Below the pieces are notes generated by a model. That model saw nothing but the letters and a program-made list of their open reading frames with translations. It was not told the origin of the DNA and did no database searches. Below are positions 1-12,500 of a stretch of 64,000 bases of DNA, one piece after another; positions within the stretch are counted from its first letter, which is position 1; the number at the start of each line of letters is the position of its first letter. Source of the DNA: Haliotis rufescens (taxonomy: Eukaryota); assembly GCF_023055435.1 (NCBI RefSeq), contig NW_025964383.1:6634001-6698000 (forward strand), read 5' to 3'. Both the position numbers and the translations under genes were made by a program.

Positions 1-1740
1 GTCACACAGATGCTGTAGGACACAAGCAAGAACATGTATACAGAGTGACACAGGTGCTGTAGGACACAAGCAAGAACATGTATACAGAGTGACACAGGTG
101 CTGTAGGACAGAAGCAGGAACATGCATACAGAGTGACACAGGTGCTGTGGGGCAGAAGCAAGAACATGTATACAGAGTGACACAGGTGCTGTAGGACAGA
201 AGCAGGAACATGTATACAGAGTCACACAGGTGCTGTAGGACAAAAGCAAGAACATGTATACAGAGTGACACAGGTGCTGTGGGGCAGAAGCAAGAACATG
301 TATACAGAGTCACACAGGTGCTGTAGGACAGAAGCAAGAACATGTATACAGAGTCACACAGGTGCTGTAGGACAAAAGCAAGAACATGCATACAGAGTGA
401 CACAGGTGCTGTGGGGCAGAAGCAAGAACATGCATACAGAGTGACACAGGTGCTGTGGGGCAGAAGCAAGAACATGTATACAGAGTGACACAGGTGCTGT
501 AGGACAGAAGCAAGAACATGTATACAGAGTCACACAGGTGCTGTAGGACAGAAGCAAGAACATGTATACATACAGAGTGACACAGGCACTGTGGGACAAA
601 AGCAAGAACATGTATACAGAGTCACACAGGTGCTGTAGGACAAAAGCAAGAACATGCATACAGTGAGTGAGTATGGTTTTACGCCGCTTTTAGCAATATT
701 CAAGCAATATCACGGCGGGGGACACCAGAAATGGGCTTCACACATTGTACCCATGTCGGGAATCGAACCCGGGTCTTCGGCGTGACGAGCAAACGCTTTA
801 ACCACTAGGCTACCCGACCGCCCAACATGCATACAGAGTGACACAGGTGCTGTGGGGCAGAAGCAAGAACATGTATACAGAGTGACACAGGTGCTGAAGG
901 ACAGAAGCAAGAACATGTATACAGAGTCACACAGGTGCTGTAGGACAGAAGCAAGAACATGTATACAGAGTCACACAGGTGCTGTGGGGCAGAAGCAAGA
1001 ACCTGTATACAGAGTGACACATGTGCTGTGGGGCAGAAGCAAGAACATGTATACAGAGTCACACAGGTGCTGTAGGACAGAAGCAAGAACATGTATACAG
1101 AGTCACACAGGTGCTGTAGGACAGAAGCAAGAACATGTATACAGAGTCACACAGGTGCTGTAGGACAGAAGCAGGAACATGTTTACAGAGTCACACAGGT
1201 GCTGTAGGACAGAAGCAAGAACATGTATACAGAGTCACACAGGTGCTGTAGGACAGAAGCAAGAACATGTATACAGAGTCACACAGGTGCTGTAGGACAG
1301 AAGCAGGAACATGTATACAGAGTCACACAGGTGCTGTAGGACAGAAGCAAGAACATGTATACAGAGTCACACAGGTGCTGTAGGACAGAAGCAAGAACAT
1401 GTATACAGAGTCACACAGGTGCTGTAGGACAGAAGCAGGAACATGCATACAGAGTCACACAGGTGCTGTAGGACAGAAGCAGGAACATGTATACAGAGTC
1501 ACACAGGTGCTGTAGGACAGAAGCAGGAACATGTATACAGAGTCACACAGGTGCTGTAGGACAGAAGCAAGAACATGTATACAGAGTCACACAGGTGCTG
1601 TGGGGCAGAAGCAAGAACATGTATACAGAGTCACACAGGTGCTGTAGGACAGAAGCAGGAACATGTATACAGAGTCACACAGGTGCTGTAGGACAGAAGC
1701 AGGAACATGCATACAGAGTCACACAGGTGCTGTAGGACAG
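1..1740 (-). repeat. 44-bp minisatellite (~36 copies) in INTS4 intron 3; unit is a splice acceptor plus the first exon codons
   Basis: Minus-strand unit TCTGTATACATGTTCTTGCTTCTGTCCTACAG|CACCTGTGTGAC; interrupted by a SINE at 664-823. Confidence 0.97.
664..823 (-). mobile_element. tRNA-derived SINE, full length, with 13-bp TSD
   Basis: Reverse complement begins GGGCGGTCGGGTAGCCTAGTGGTTAAAGCG (A box) and contains GGTTCGATTCCC (B box), with an ACTC-repeat tail. TSD aacatgcatacag at 651-663 and 824-836. Confidence 0.92.
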
Positions 1741-2279
1741 ATACACTACTTGTAAAAGATTTTTGGGCATTTCACAAAGTACACCTAATGTAATGGCGAA
1801 TGTGGAAGGTATCCATTATTAAATGATTCTTTACTAAATCGTATTAAGTATTGGTTAACACTTATTCACATACTTCCTAAAAAAGCCGATGACATGCTAT
1901 ACCTTTAAGATGTGAAAACCAGATATCCTTAGGCAGCACGGGTCAAACAGTCATTATATAAACTTCTGTTCGGTTATGTTTAGATCTACCAAAATGTAGG
2001 ACTCAAAGCGTGCTTTAGAAATGAAATAAAAATACAACTTTGTAGCTGTGGTCATAGCGTGGGAGGTCATACATGGACCCAGAGTCCACCATTACCGCGA
2101 GAGATGACTGTACATGTAATTGTCGCAACAGGAAGCCACTTTATTACCGATGCTAAGCATCCATTGAGACCACTCGATTCCCATACTCACAAACATGAAC
2201 TAGTAACTGGGACAAAAACTGCTGAATCTCAAAATATTTGTTCATGTTGTTACAGATAAGAAGGTTTAAGAACACTTAC

Positions 2280-4461
2280 AGATTTAGCAGCCTGGAGTAT
2301 CTGCACTTTGTAGCCGGCACAGCTGTTGGGGAGCTGCCGCCCCACTGATGACAGTGATTGAAGGATCTCGCGCAATGCTTTGTGGGATTCTGTAACATGA
2401 AGGTATAAAGGGTAGGAGGGCAAGAAGAGAGAAGAGGTGCAATGATTACTGGATGCAACATAGTAAGAGGATCAGGATGCACACTACTATCAAGCAGAAT
2501 AATGGCATGGTCAAAATAGGTTTTCAGTGCTGGAAGGGCACACTTACAAATCATTTTGAATAACAAAAATAGCTTATGACACTGCTTATAATATGAAATC
2601 TGCGTAGATTACAACACTTAGATTTTGTATCAGCTGATTGCCAAATTCACTTCCAGACAGTTATATTTGGAAAAATTTGCGTCACATACAAATTCCAATT
2701 GAAAAGCACATCATGCCTAGTCTTCAACAGTCGCTCACTGTCCATTTAAAAAAAGCGCCTTTCTTACAAACAAGCAGATGCAGATAAGTATACTACTTTT
2801 CATTTAGTTTAATATGATTTACAGGGATTGTTACAAAACAGGTTTCCAATTTAAAATACCCAAATGTCAAGAAACAGGTTGGTATTAAAAATGTGAATAT
2901 ACCCTCTAAAAATTGTTGATACCCAATCAGACTCAAACCCCTTGTTAAAATACCCAAACAACCAAAGCTTACCTAGACCTCTATCAATGATGAGGGTATG
3001 GGCAATCTTTCTCAATTACCAATGCTATTTAAACTGCCTGAAAGATGGATTCTAGGGCTGGGACAGGTAACTTGGGTACCCGGGTCGGGTGGGAACTGAG
3101 TAGGACCCGGGTACCTACATGACTACCCGTACCCGTGGTTAGTCATCTGATATATAGTTTAATGACAAAAATTATCTGGAACTCTATGGTTACACTACAA
3201 GTCACTAATGTTCGCATTTCTTCTGACTATGCAACCATTCCTTCTGACTTTTCATATGGAATCCATTGCCAAAACTGTTTCATTTTCTGTGAGTCTACCT
3301 TTTGTCACTTGTCACCATTGTGACATCCCATGGAAACACCTCATGTAGAATGTAACTAGATACCTGAAAAATCTGGCTATGAGGGCTTACTTTCTGTGCT
3401 GAGTATGGCCAGGAGGTGATCAATGACGTTGTCTGGTGAGAAGCCAGGCAGTCGACACAGGTGCCCCAACATCTGTGCTATCTTGCTCCTCACTACTGCC
3501 TCTTTCTCACGGTGGTAGTGGTCCATCAGCTCCCCGACTACATCCATAGCAGCTTCACCAGACACTGACTGCAGGCCTGCCTCAAAGTCCAGGAGCACCT
3601 GCAGGGCATCGTGGGAAGTGCTTGTATTCTGCAGATCAAGATGAAGGTCGGCTGCAGGAGGCTTGTGCTGGAGGCGGAGCTTCTTCACAGGCTTTGGCTC
3701 TTCCTGTATACCAGTAGATTGAGATTAAAGGCATATCTATGTTTTTGATGAAATTCTGACATGTTTAGCTTTCAAAATATAAAGTTCACCATGGTCAATA
3801 TGAACCATAAATACAGTGAATGAGTTGGGTTTGACGTTGCTTGGAACAGTATTCCAGTTATAGCTTAATGTGATTATGACAAACCTAGAAACATAATCTA
3901 GGCGAACTAGTATTCAATCCCACTATCATATCTATTCTGGCATGCCCATGGGACGCAACTCTGGACAGCAACTTGCGGCATATTAAAAACTAGCGCCCCT
4001 AAATAGACAATTAAATCACACTTCTCATAACCATGACAACTGCCCCCCCCCCAAAAAAAAACCCAAAGACATTTTCCTTTGTTGACTTGATTTTGTTGAC
4101 GCCTTGACTACAAAGGCGCTCAGATTGTTTCACCACTCCGTCATAAACACTTTTGAGTGGTTGACCTCAGTGAAAGTAAGGAAAACTGTTAAATGTAATC
4201 ATAGTGGTCTGGCAAAGTGTAATATTGTGCCACTTGATGGAGAAGTGTTTCTGTATCAATTGGTCCTGTCAGGTACATAAAAAACGAATTTGAACCCTAT
4301 TTGAGAAGGATTATTGTTTACAGAAACGCATTGTCACTCTCAACCGGTACCCCCGGGCTTCACTGCTGCAAATAGCAAGCCTGTCACCTGTGTTACGCAG
4401 TGTGTACCTGAATCACTTGGCTGTACTCCGCAAGAGCTCTCTTCTTTAAGAGGGCAGCCAT
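2280..4461 (-). CDS. INTS4: Integrator complex subunit 4, 5' part (coding exons 1-3; gene continues off the left edge)
   Basis: Exons 4461-4408 (MAALLKKRALAEYSQVIQ), 3703-3391 (EEPKPVKKLRLQHKPPAADLHLDL...HYHREKEAVVRSKIAQMLGHLCRLPGFSPDNVID...) and 2389-2280 (KSHKALREILQSLSSVGRQLPNS...QAAKS). All are GT-AG with consistent phases 0/1/0. Matches the recalled vertebrate INTS4 N-terminus (MAAHLKKR..., KKLRL, GFSPD, EKSHQVL). Confidence 0.93.
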
Positions 4462-4900
4462 CTTCTTCTGCCACAGATGGAACAAGTCTAACTCAACCTA
4501 GCCCTCAACCCACAAGCAAAGTACCATACACTTTTCTTTTCTATTAGTATATTTTCAACAACGTGAGATTGATCTTATAATAAGCTTGTCGGAATCCATT
4601 CCAGTAGCAAACTCATGGTTTGACTGGTTCTTGTTATTTAAAGTCTTATTTGCTCGTGCGCAAGATGGAATCCAGTTCCTGTTTTTTCACTCAAACCGCA
4701 GTATGGTCAATGGGCAAATGCCAAAATCTTCCATTTAATTTTTAGGTGACTTTCAAATAAATATGTACAAAAGACAAGCAAAATATCCTTCATTTGGGAA
4801 ATTGTCTTCATTTGGCTCCAATTCGTCCTGCTAAAACAACACCCAAGAACGACATGTTATAAACTTGGCTCAGACTCTACACAATTTCAACACGGTAAGC
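4462..4900. promoter_or_regulatory. Probable bidirectional promoter between INTS4 and the plus-strand gene
   Basis: INTS4 ATG at 4461 (minus). A strong plus-strand donor ACG|GTAAGC near 4894 suggests a non-coding first exon. YY1-like AAGATGG motifs occur on both strands (4458-4464, 4662-4668). Inference only. Confidence 0.45.
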
Positions 4901-5486
4901 GCAAAGAGGGCAGTCGGCTAGTTTAGAGCGGGCTTTACACACCAAGAGAAGATAACTCCTGTGTACTTCCTTGAGCAGCCACCACGATTGTTGTTGTGTC
5001 AAGTAGCCGTACCGTTACATAAACAGATTGGCAGAACTTAATGATGAAGGCGACATCGGTAAAATTAATAATGATTGCAATAGATTTGTTTGCGCCTTTG
5101 GTGCTAACAGGTCCTTCATCAGATATCGGTCTGCGCTAATGTGAAAGAGGTGAAACGTAAGACAACCAGAGTCCGAACGTAACTTGAAATGGAGAATGTT
5201 ACTACATACTAGACCTCACTGTTAGTCTGCACTACGAACTATTGGTAACAACGCAGTTTAGCTCAGCTTACTCTAGCGCTAATGTGGCTCTTTCTGCCGA
5301 CTGTGGCTCACGCTTCACGGATTTCGCGTGCCTCCGTTTCTACGGGTTGTGTAAGGGTAGGATAAAATTACCCCCAACGCTATATTCTTAGGCCTTTTAT
5401 GCCCTTTACAATCATAAGGGGTAGGTACCTCATCAGCAAAAGGTAACCTTATGAGAGTAAAGGGAATCCAAGTGTAAAGTCTATAA

Positions 5487-5718
5487 GTCATACCTGTGGT
5501 ACCTGATGACTCACCTATAGTCATACCTGTGGTACCTGATGACTCACCTATAGTCATACCTGTGGTACCTGATGACTCACCTATAGTCATACCTGTGGTA
5601 CCTGATGACTCACCTGTAGTCATACCTGTGGTACCTGATGACCCACCTATAGTCATACCTGTGGTACCTGATGACTCACCTGTAGTCATACCTGTGGTAC
5701 CTGATGACTCACCTATAG
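5487..5718. repeat. 33-bp minisatellite, 7 copies
   Basis: Unit gtcatacctgtggtacctgatgactcacctata; explains the ORFs 5315-5785 and 5496-5756. Confidence 0.95.
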
Positions 5719-5759
5719 CGACATCTGTATGCAAGCAAACGACCTCATCAATTTGACCT

Positions 5760-6730
5760 GGCAAAACATCATTGCCAACTTCCAATTCACCTGATGAATT
5801 GATTATCCGCTCACCTGTGTGTACACCTGCCTGTTAACATCTACTATCATCCATGGATTCACCTGACACATCACCTGTCAAGTCTGTCCCATGTACACCT
5901 ACCACACCTATCTCACTACCTATGGGACCATCCCCAGGTAAGGTGTGAGTGAGCATGTCACTAGACCATCTCAAGTTGACACCTTCACCATCATCAACAT
6001 GCATCAACATGCACTGAAGGGCTATCAACAGGTGAGCAACCCTGTGACCTGTGTACTGACATCTAAACAAGACTCCATGGTATCACCTTGTATACCTGTG
6101 TGTATATCAGAACCTATACATGTCATATCATCCTTGACACCTGCAAGTGTATAGACATCCTTGTCATCTAACTCCTGAGTCCTGTCAATGTCAAGATGGT
6201 TGAATGGTTTGTCACCTGCGGTATTATCAAATGTATGAGTGGCATCCCCATTACCTAACTCCCCATACACTTTGGCAACATCAACCTCTTCAATGACACC
6301 TATCGCTACTTGCGCAGGTAATTTAATCTCTAAGCTGGTAGGGTTCATCATTCTAAACAAGGCTATCTGATTGACAGGTGACGTGAGACATCTAGCACCG
6401 TACACATGTAATGACTCTGCAACAGACTCAGTTGGCTCCACGATGCCTAACTTTATATCTGGGTCATAAACATATACAGGTAACAAAGTCCCGGTGTGAG
6501 GTGAAAGCACCGCATCCCCTTGGAGCATAGCATTCTGACTCAGAGCAACAATCCTGCAAGCACACTAGCACGCAGGATCAGATCCTCCTCATACACATAT
6601 TCCTCACAGAGTCACTGCCCTAGAATCTCCACTGTCAACCAAGGGTCCACTGTCAGCTGTTCAGTGAGATTATTTTGATGAATGGACAGCACCCTGGTCA
6701 ACTGTTATCCCAGGGGTACCTTGGTGAAGG
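5760..6730 (-). mobile_element. Decayed LTR-retrotransposon (Gypsy-like) pol fragment, protease-to-RT linker region
   Basis: ORF 6025-6528 (GIVEPTESVAESLHVYGARCLTSPVNQIALFRMMNPTSLEIKLPAQVAIG) resembles the beta-rich linker after the protease in invertebrate Gypsy elements. No RT or LTR seen. Confidence 0.5.
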
Positions 6731-6741
6731 ATGTTACATCG

Positions 6742-7606
6742 TATTCTACCATGAATTTGGAATTTACTCGATTCTGATTGGTCAATCAGAGGCTATTAAA
6801 TCACAATAAACCCCCTCTGATTGAAACAGCTGGTTTGATGGCAGCATCACCGTGGAAGCTAATATTCATAGAATAGTACTATTTTCAGTCATTGTAGGTA
6901 GGCATATATAAATAATTATATCTACAATTACAGGTTACAAAATGCACAGATGCGGTTACTACAATATTCAAAGGATGTGTGGCAATACATTTCGTGCAGA
7001 AAAACACGAAATCAACAAAGAGAATGTATTTATGTTTTGGAGACAACAGAGAGCTTGTAATTTTGGCGCTTTTCTATATACGACTGAGACGTCATATCTT
7101 TTGCGTCACAATGCGCGATATGACGTCAAAATGGTGACGTGCGATGTAGAGCGAAAGCCTTTCAAAGCTTGCTTTGTTTTCTTTAGGGATGCCCACCTCA
7201 TGTTAGCTTACCAAGTTGCCGTGCTTATATGCTTTCAATGCTTGTCATATGTTTGAGTGAAGTATTACAGTGTAAACAAACTGCTTGAGTTTATACAGCA
7301 CCATATTTTGTTCGGTGATTCCGTAATTCAGATTGATAACCCACTCAAAACACTGAACTCAACCCATGCCGCTTCACTCAGTATATTTGCTAACACCAAA
7401 GAGTTCACGTTTTATTTAGTCATGGTAGAATGATGGAGATAAACATACTGTGTTTTCAATGTAGAGCTAGGTTACCTGTAGATTTAACCGCGCTAAATTT
7501 AACATTTGAAACCTCACGCTGCGCGTTCGGTTCCAAATTCAATTTAGCGGGGTTAAATCTACAGGTAACCTAGCTCTACATTGAAAACACAGTATGTTTA
7601 TCTCCT
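6742..7606 (+). mobile_element. Non-autonomous element with a long terminal hairpin (Crypton-like architecture)
   Basis: attctaccatga near 6743 is inverted at about 7420-7431 (tcatggtagaat). It is followed by a ~65-bp-arm near-perfect inverted repeat at 7435-7605. No ORF. Confidence 0.6.
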
Positions 7607-7957
7607 AATTGCCACAGTAGTTGACTGTTCTGCATCATGTATCGCCAATGTGCTCATTCTCAGACTATGTTTTATTGGGTGAGTAAAGATGTGTCAACAA
7701 CACTCTAGATGTATTGGTGAGCTGTGTTTGAGATACAGTACGACTTGAGACTGCAACTACAACAATCCTCAATGCTTTCACATTGAAACATTCAGATCCT
7801 CATTACAAGCTACTGCAGTCGGTTTACAAAATATTTCTTAGTGTCACATCAGATATTCTGAGGGTTTGCTGTGCTCTTGTTGCTATTTGCTGCAACTTGA
7901 GTTTCCGGTCAACAGGGCATCGTATGTCTTTTGGCGTGTTAGGATGTCACAACAAAA

Positions 7958-9444
7958 ATGAAACAGGTACTGAAATAACAAATGTATCATCAGTAGCATA
8001 AACTAATGTTTGTGAAACAGTGGGCCGCTGCCACCATAGGCTATTTCAAGTAACATAGTATTGTTTTGTTGATGTATGTTGCAACCTAATTTTAAAAATT
8101 ATGTCATAGGTTATTGTCAAATGCTCCGACTTTGTGGTGTTACTGTTTGGCTGTTTGTTTAGTATTTCCGGTGGATGTTTAATTACCCTCCGTGATTGAT
8201 TGTAAATGCACGAGCAAGACAGCTTGCAGGTTGAGCTTTGGTTCTTTTGAAATTCAATCAGGATTGATTTAAGACATTTCGAGGCAATATTCGCAAATTT
8301 AATATTTGACAATCAGAAAGTTTGTTGTCCGTCATTACAAATGTGAACTTCCTTTAAGGTGGCACTTCCCACGAACCATGTGACTGTAAACATGAAGGTT
8401 TGTGTAAAATAAAGGAGATGTGTCATTTGTCCAGTATACACGTGTCCTACCTTTGACTTCACTTCATGGATGTAAAGGAAAGCTCAAACAGACAAGACCC
8501 TTCTTCCAAACTGCAGCTCAGTTGAGATTCTTTAGTGGGATTCACTATTGAGCCAGGGCCTTGAACTGTGATCTGGCTAATACGGCCCTATCTCAAAGAG
8601 GCTCTGACCCGTGGAGGTCCAGACTAGAACAGGTCTTCAGCAAGCCTTGCTTGCCATAAAAGGCGACTGTGCTTGTTGTAAGAGGCAACTAACGGGATCA
8701 GGTGGTCAGGCTCACTGACTTGGTTGATGCATGTCATCATATCCCAGTTGTGTGGATCGATGCTTGTGATATTAATCGCTGGATTGTCTGGTTGACTCAA
8801 TTATTTACAGACCGCCTCCATATAGCTGGAATATTGCTGAGTGCGGTGATAAACAACTAACCATCCAACAACCAAATCAAAATGGCTCCATCATAGCTCT
8901 TCATTCAGGAAAACAAATCTTTCCATCAGAAATATCTTGAGTCTCATTCAGAAACATTTTCATGATTCCTGTAGCCTAAATCTGGACAACAGAACTTCTC
9001 ATTTCATGTGTTCGGTTGTGTATCCAGTAACGTTCACTATATATCTTCTGACCGGTGACCAGTTATCACATGTGTGTTATTTCTTACATAGATGAAAATA
9101 AAGGTACCACAAACTGCCATGTCCGTAGAATTTAGAGCAAAATCACACATTTTAGAATATACAGTCAAACTCTTTTAGACAGTGATATAAAGGAATGAAA
9201 GAGGTGGCAATTCAACTTTCTCGTCGACTTAAAATACAGCTTATCATCATCAAGACACATGCATTGGATCAAGTGCATGTCTTCAGTTGTATAAATTGTT
9301 GCATGCTGTTATAAGCTGTTGGTGTAAGAAAGTGCAAATAAGGGTTTGGCTAGTGCTTGAAGATGTGCTCTACGATTGCTACAGTATTAGGTGGTTGGGT
9401 TATATATTGGATGTGAGGCAGTAAGCATGGTCAACATTGACTGA

Positions 9445-9514
<70 letters not shown>

Positions 9515-12500
9515 TTTGCCACTTCTATCAATGAGTTGATATATTTGATATCAAAAGACACGAGGGTGAGATTTTATTTATCATCCAACTTCATTCTTCC
9601 AACTTCTTCAATTTGTAGACAATAATTAGCAGTGTCTTCAGTGTAAAAAGTACTGCTAACAGCTTCAGTAGCAGAGCCATTAGTGATGTCATTTGATTGT
9701 GACGTCATGGTAACGTCACAATCTGCATGGTCTGCAAAGCATTGTGATGTAATTTCATTGCAGCGTCATCTACAGTGTAGATATCGCTTGATCTCATCCA
9801 AGCGATATCTCCTGTGAGAGCCAGTTTTGGATGATATATATATATATATTATTATTATTATTATTATTGTTATAACATCTTGCAGGAGGAGACGCATTTG
9901 AAGAAGAGACTGCAGGTGTTTCTTGCGGAGATGCTGAAGCTGGGCACAGTCAAGGGCTTCAAGTACTTCGCTTCATACATGAGAGGGCGTGAGGAGATGG
10001 TCATCAGTGTCGTCAATGAACCACAGGTTGCAATCACCTTCCGTGCTGCTTCAGCCTTGACTGACCAACCTTTATCACTGGCAGAATATTGCAGCATGTC
10101 CTGTTGTATCAGATGGAAGGGCATTGGACCTCCATTTTGTGATTAAATCTTCAGGAATGGCTTTTTGTATTCCGCACTTGATTCTCTCGCTCTATATTCC
10201 TGTAACTAGCTCTAAGTGTGAGGGGATGCTGAGGGTGGTCTCACAAAGTGTTTTCTAGCCAGCTCCAAGTGTAGTCAAAGGTCTTAGGTCAATGAACATG
10301 GTGTCTACCGCAGATGAAAAGTTTCATTGTCCAAATCCCAGATATTGCATGTGTGTGTGTATGTGTGATTGCAGACCCCCAACAACAGCTACAGCAGCGA
10401 GCCAGGCACTCCCCTGCACAACACAGAGTTTGCAGCAGGCTCCAGCTTCACCTCCAACAACCTCCCCTATGACAAGTAAGTGTGGTGCACTCAAAACAGC
10501 ATGTATGTGTGTAGAACCCAACAGTTATCATATAGTTGTTGATTAGACCACAGTCAATAGGGAAATTTGATTAAACTTTCGTCTAAAGATATTTTGATCT
10601 TTCATACATATCAGGTCATCTAGTTCCAGTATGTTGTGTGTTGACCTTTCATGCATATCCAGTCATCTTGTACCAGTATGTTGTGTGTTGACCTTTCATG
10701 CATATCCAGTCATCTAGTACTTGTATGTTGTGTGTTGACCTGGCATGCATATCCAGTCATCTTGTACCGGTATGTTGTGTGCTGACCTGGCATGCATATC
10801 CAGTCATCTAGTACTTGTATGTTGTGTGTTGACCTGGCATGCATATCCAGTCATCTTGTACCGGTATGTTGTGTGTTGACCTTTCATGCATATCCAGTCA
10901 TCTAGTACCGGTATGTTGTGTGCTGACCTTTCATGCATATCCAGTCATCTTGTACCAGTTTGTTGTGTGTTGACCTTTCATGCATATCCAGTCATCTAGT
11001 ACCGGTATGTTGTGTGTTTACCTTTCATGCATATCCAGTCATCTAGTACCGGTATGTTGTGTGCTGACCTGGCATGCATATCCAGTCATCTTGTACCAGT
11101 ATGTTGTGTGTTGACCTTTCATGCATATCCAGTCATCTTGTACCGGTATGTTGTGTGTTGACCTTTCATGCATATCCAGTCATCTAGTACCAGTATGTTG
11201 TGTGCTGACCTGGTAGCATATCCAGTCATCTTGTACCGGTATGTTGTGTGTTGACCTTTCATGCATATCCAGTCATCTAGTACCAGTATGTTGTGTGCTG
11301 ACCTTTCATGCATATCCAGTCATCTAGTACCGGTATGTTGTGTGCTGACCTGGCATGCATATCCAGTCATCTAGTACCGGTATGTTGTGTGTTGACCTTT
11401 CATGCATATCCAGGCATCTAGTACCAGTATGTTGTGTGTTGACCTTTCATGCATATCCAGTCATCTTGTACCAGTATGTTGTGTGTTGACCTGGCATGCA
11501 TATCCAGTCATCTAGTACCGGTATGTTGTGTGTTGACCTTTCATGCATATCCAGTCATCTTGTACCAGTATGTTGTGTGCTGACCTTTCATGCATATCCA
11601 GTCATCTAGTACCGGTATGTTGTGTGTTGACCTGGCATGCATATCCAGTCATCTAGTACCGGTATGTTGTGTGTTGACCTTTCATGCATATCCAGGCATC
11701 TAGTACCAGTATGTTGTGTGTTGACCTTTCATGCATATCCAGTCATCTTGTACCAGTATGTTGTGTGTTGACCTGGCATGCATATCCAGTCATCTAGTAC
11801 CGGTATGTTGTGTGTTGACCTTTCATGCATATCCAGTCATCTAGTACCGGTATGTTGTGTGCTGACCTTTCATGCATATCCAGTCATCTTGTACCAGTTT
11901 GTTGTGTGTTGACCTGGCATGCATATCCAGTCATCTAGTACCAGTATGTTGTGTGTTTACCTTTCATGCATATCCAGTCATCTAGTACCGGTATGTTGTG
12001 TGCTGACCTTTCATGCATATCCAGTCATCTAGTACCGGTATGTTGTGTGTTGACCTTTCATGCATATCCAGGCATCTAGTACCAGTATGTTGTGTGTTGA
12101 CCTTTCATGCATATCCAGTCATCTTGTACCGGTATGTTGTGTGCTGACCTTTCATGCATATCCAGTCATCTAGTACCGGTATGTTGTGTGCTGACCTTTC
12201 ATGCATATCCAGTCATCTAGTACTGGTATGTTGTGTGTTGACCTTTCATGCATATCCAGGCATCTAGTACCAGTATGTTGTGTGTTGACCTTTCATGCAT
12301 ATCCAGTCATCTTGTACCGGTATGTTGTGTGTTGACCTGGCATGCATATCCAGTCATCTAGTACTGGTATGTTGTGTGTTGACCTTTCATGCATATCCAG
12401 TCATCTAGTACCGGTATGTTGTGTGCTGACCTTTCATGCATATCCAGTCATCTTGTACCAGTATGTTGTGTGTTGACCTGGCATGCATATCCAGTCATCT

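Noticed and set aside
750-823. tRNA-Asp gene
   Set aside because: The tRNA-like head lacks a proper acceptor stem and continues into a SINE body, tail and TSD; a second copy occurs at 57316-60328.
1-1740. CRISPR-like or protein-coding interpretation of this and other tandem arrays (ORFs 2-475, 29847-30842, 33040-34038, 33093-34064, 41143-41346)
   Set aside because: There are no unique spacers and no cas genes, and the context is eukaryotic introns. The ORFs are periodic translations of the repeat units.
5315-5785. Repetitive GESSGTTGMT protein
   Set aside because: It is the translation of a 33-bp minisatellite next to a decayed retroelement, with no splice or start support.
8466-8525. Alternative start exon (MDVKESS...) for the plus-strand gene
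   Set aside because: It hits a stop with no convincing in-phase donor. ATG AAA CAG|gt at 7958 fits better, though it is also unproven.
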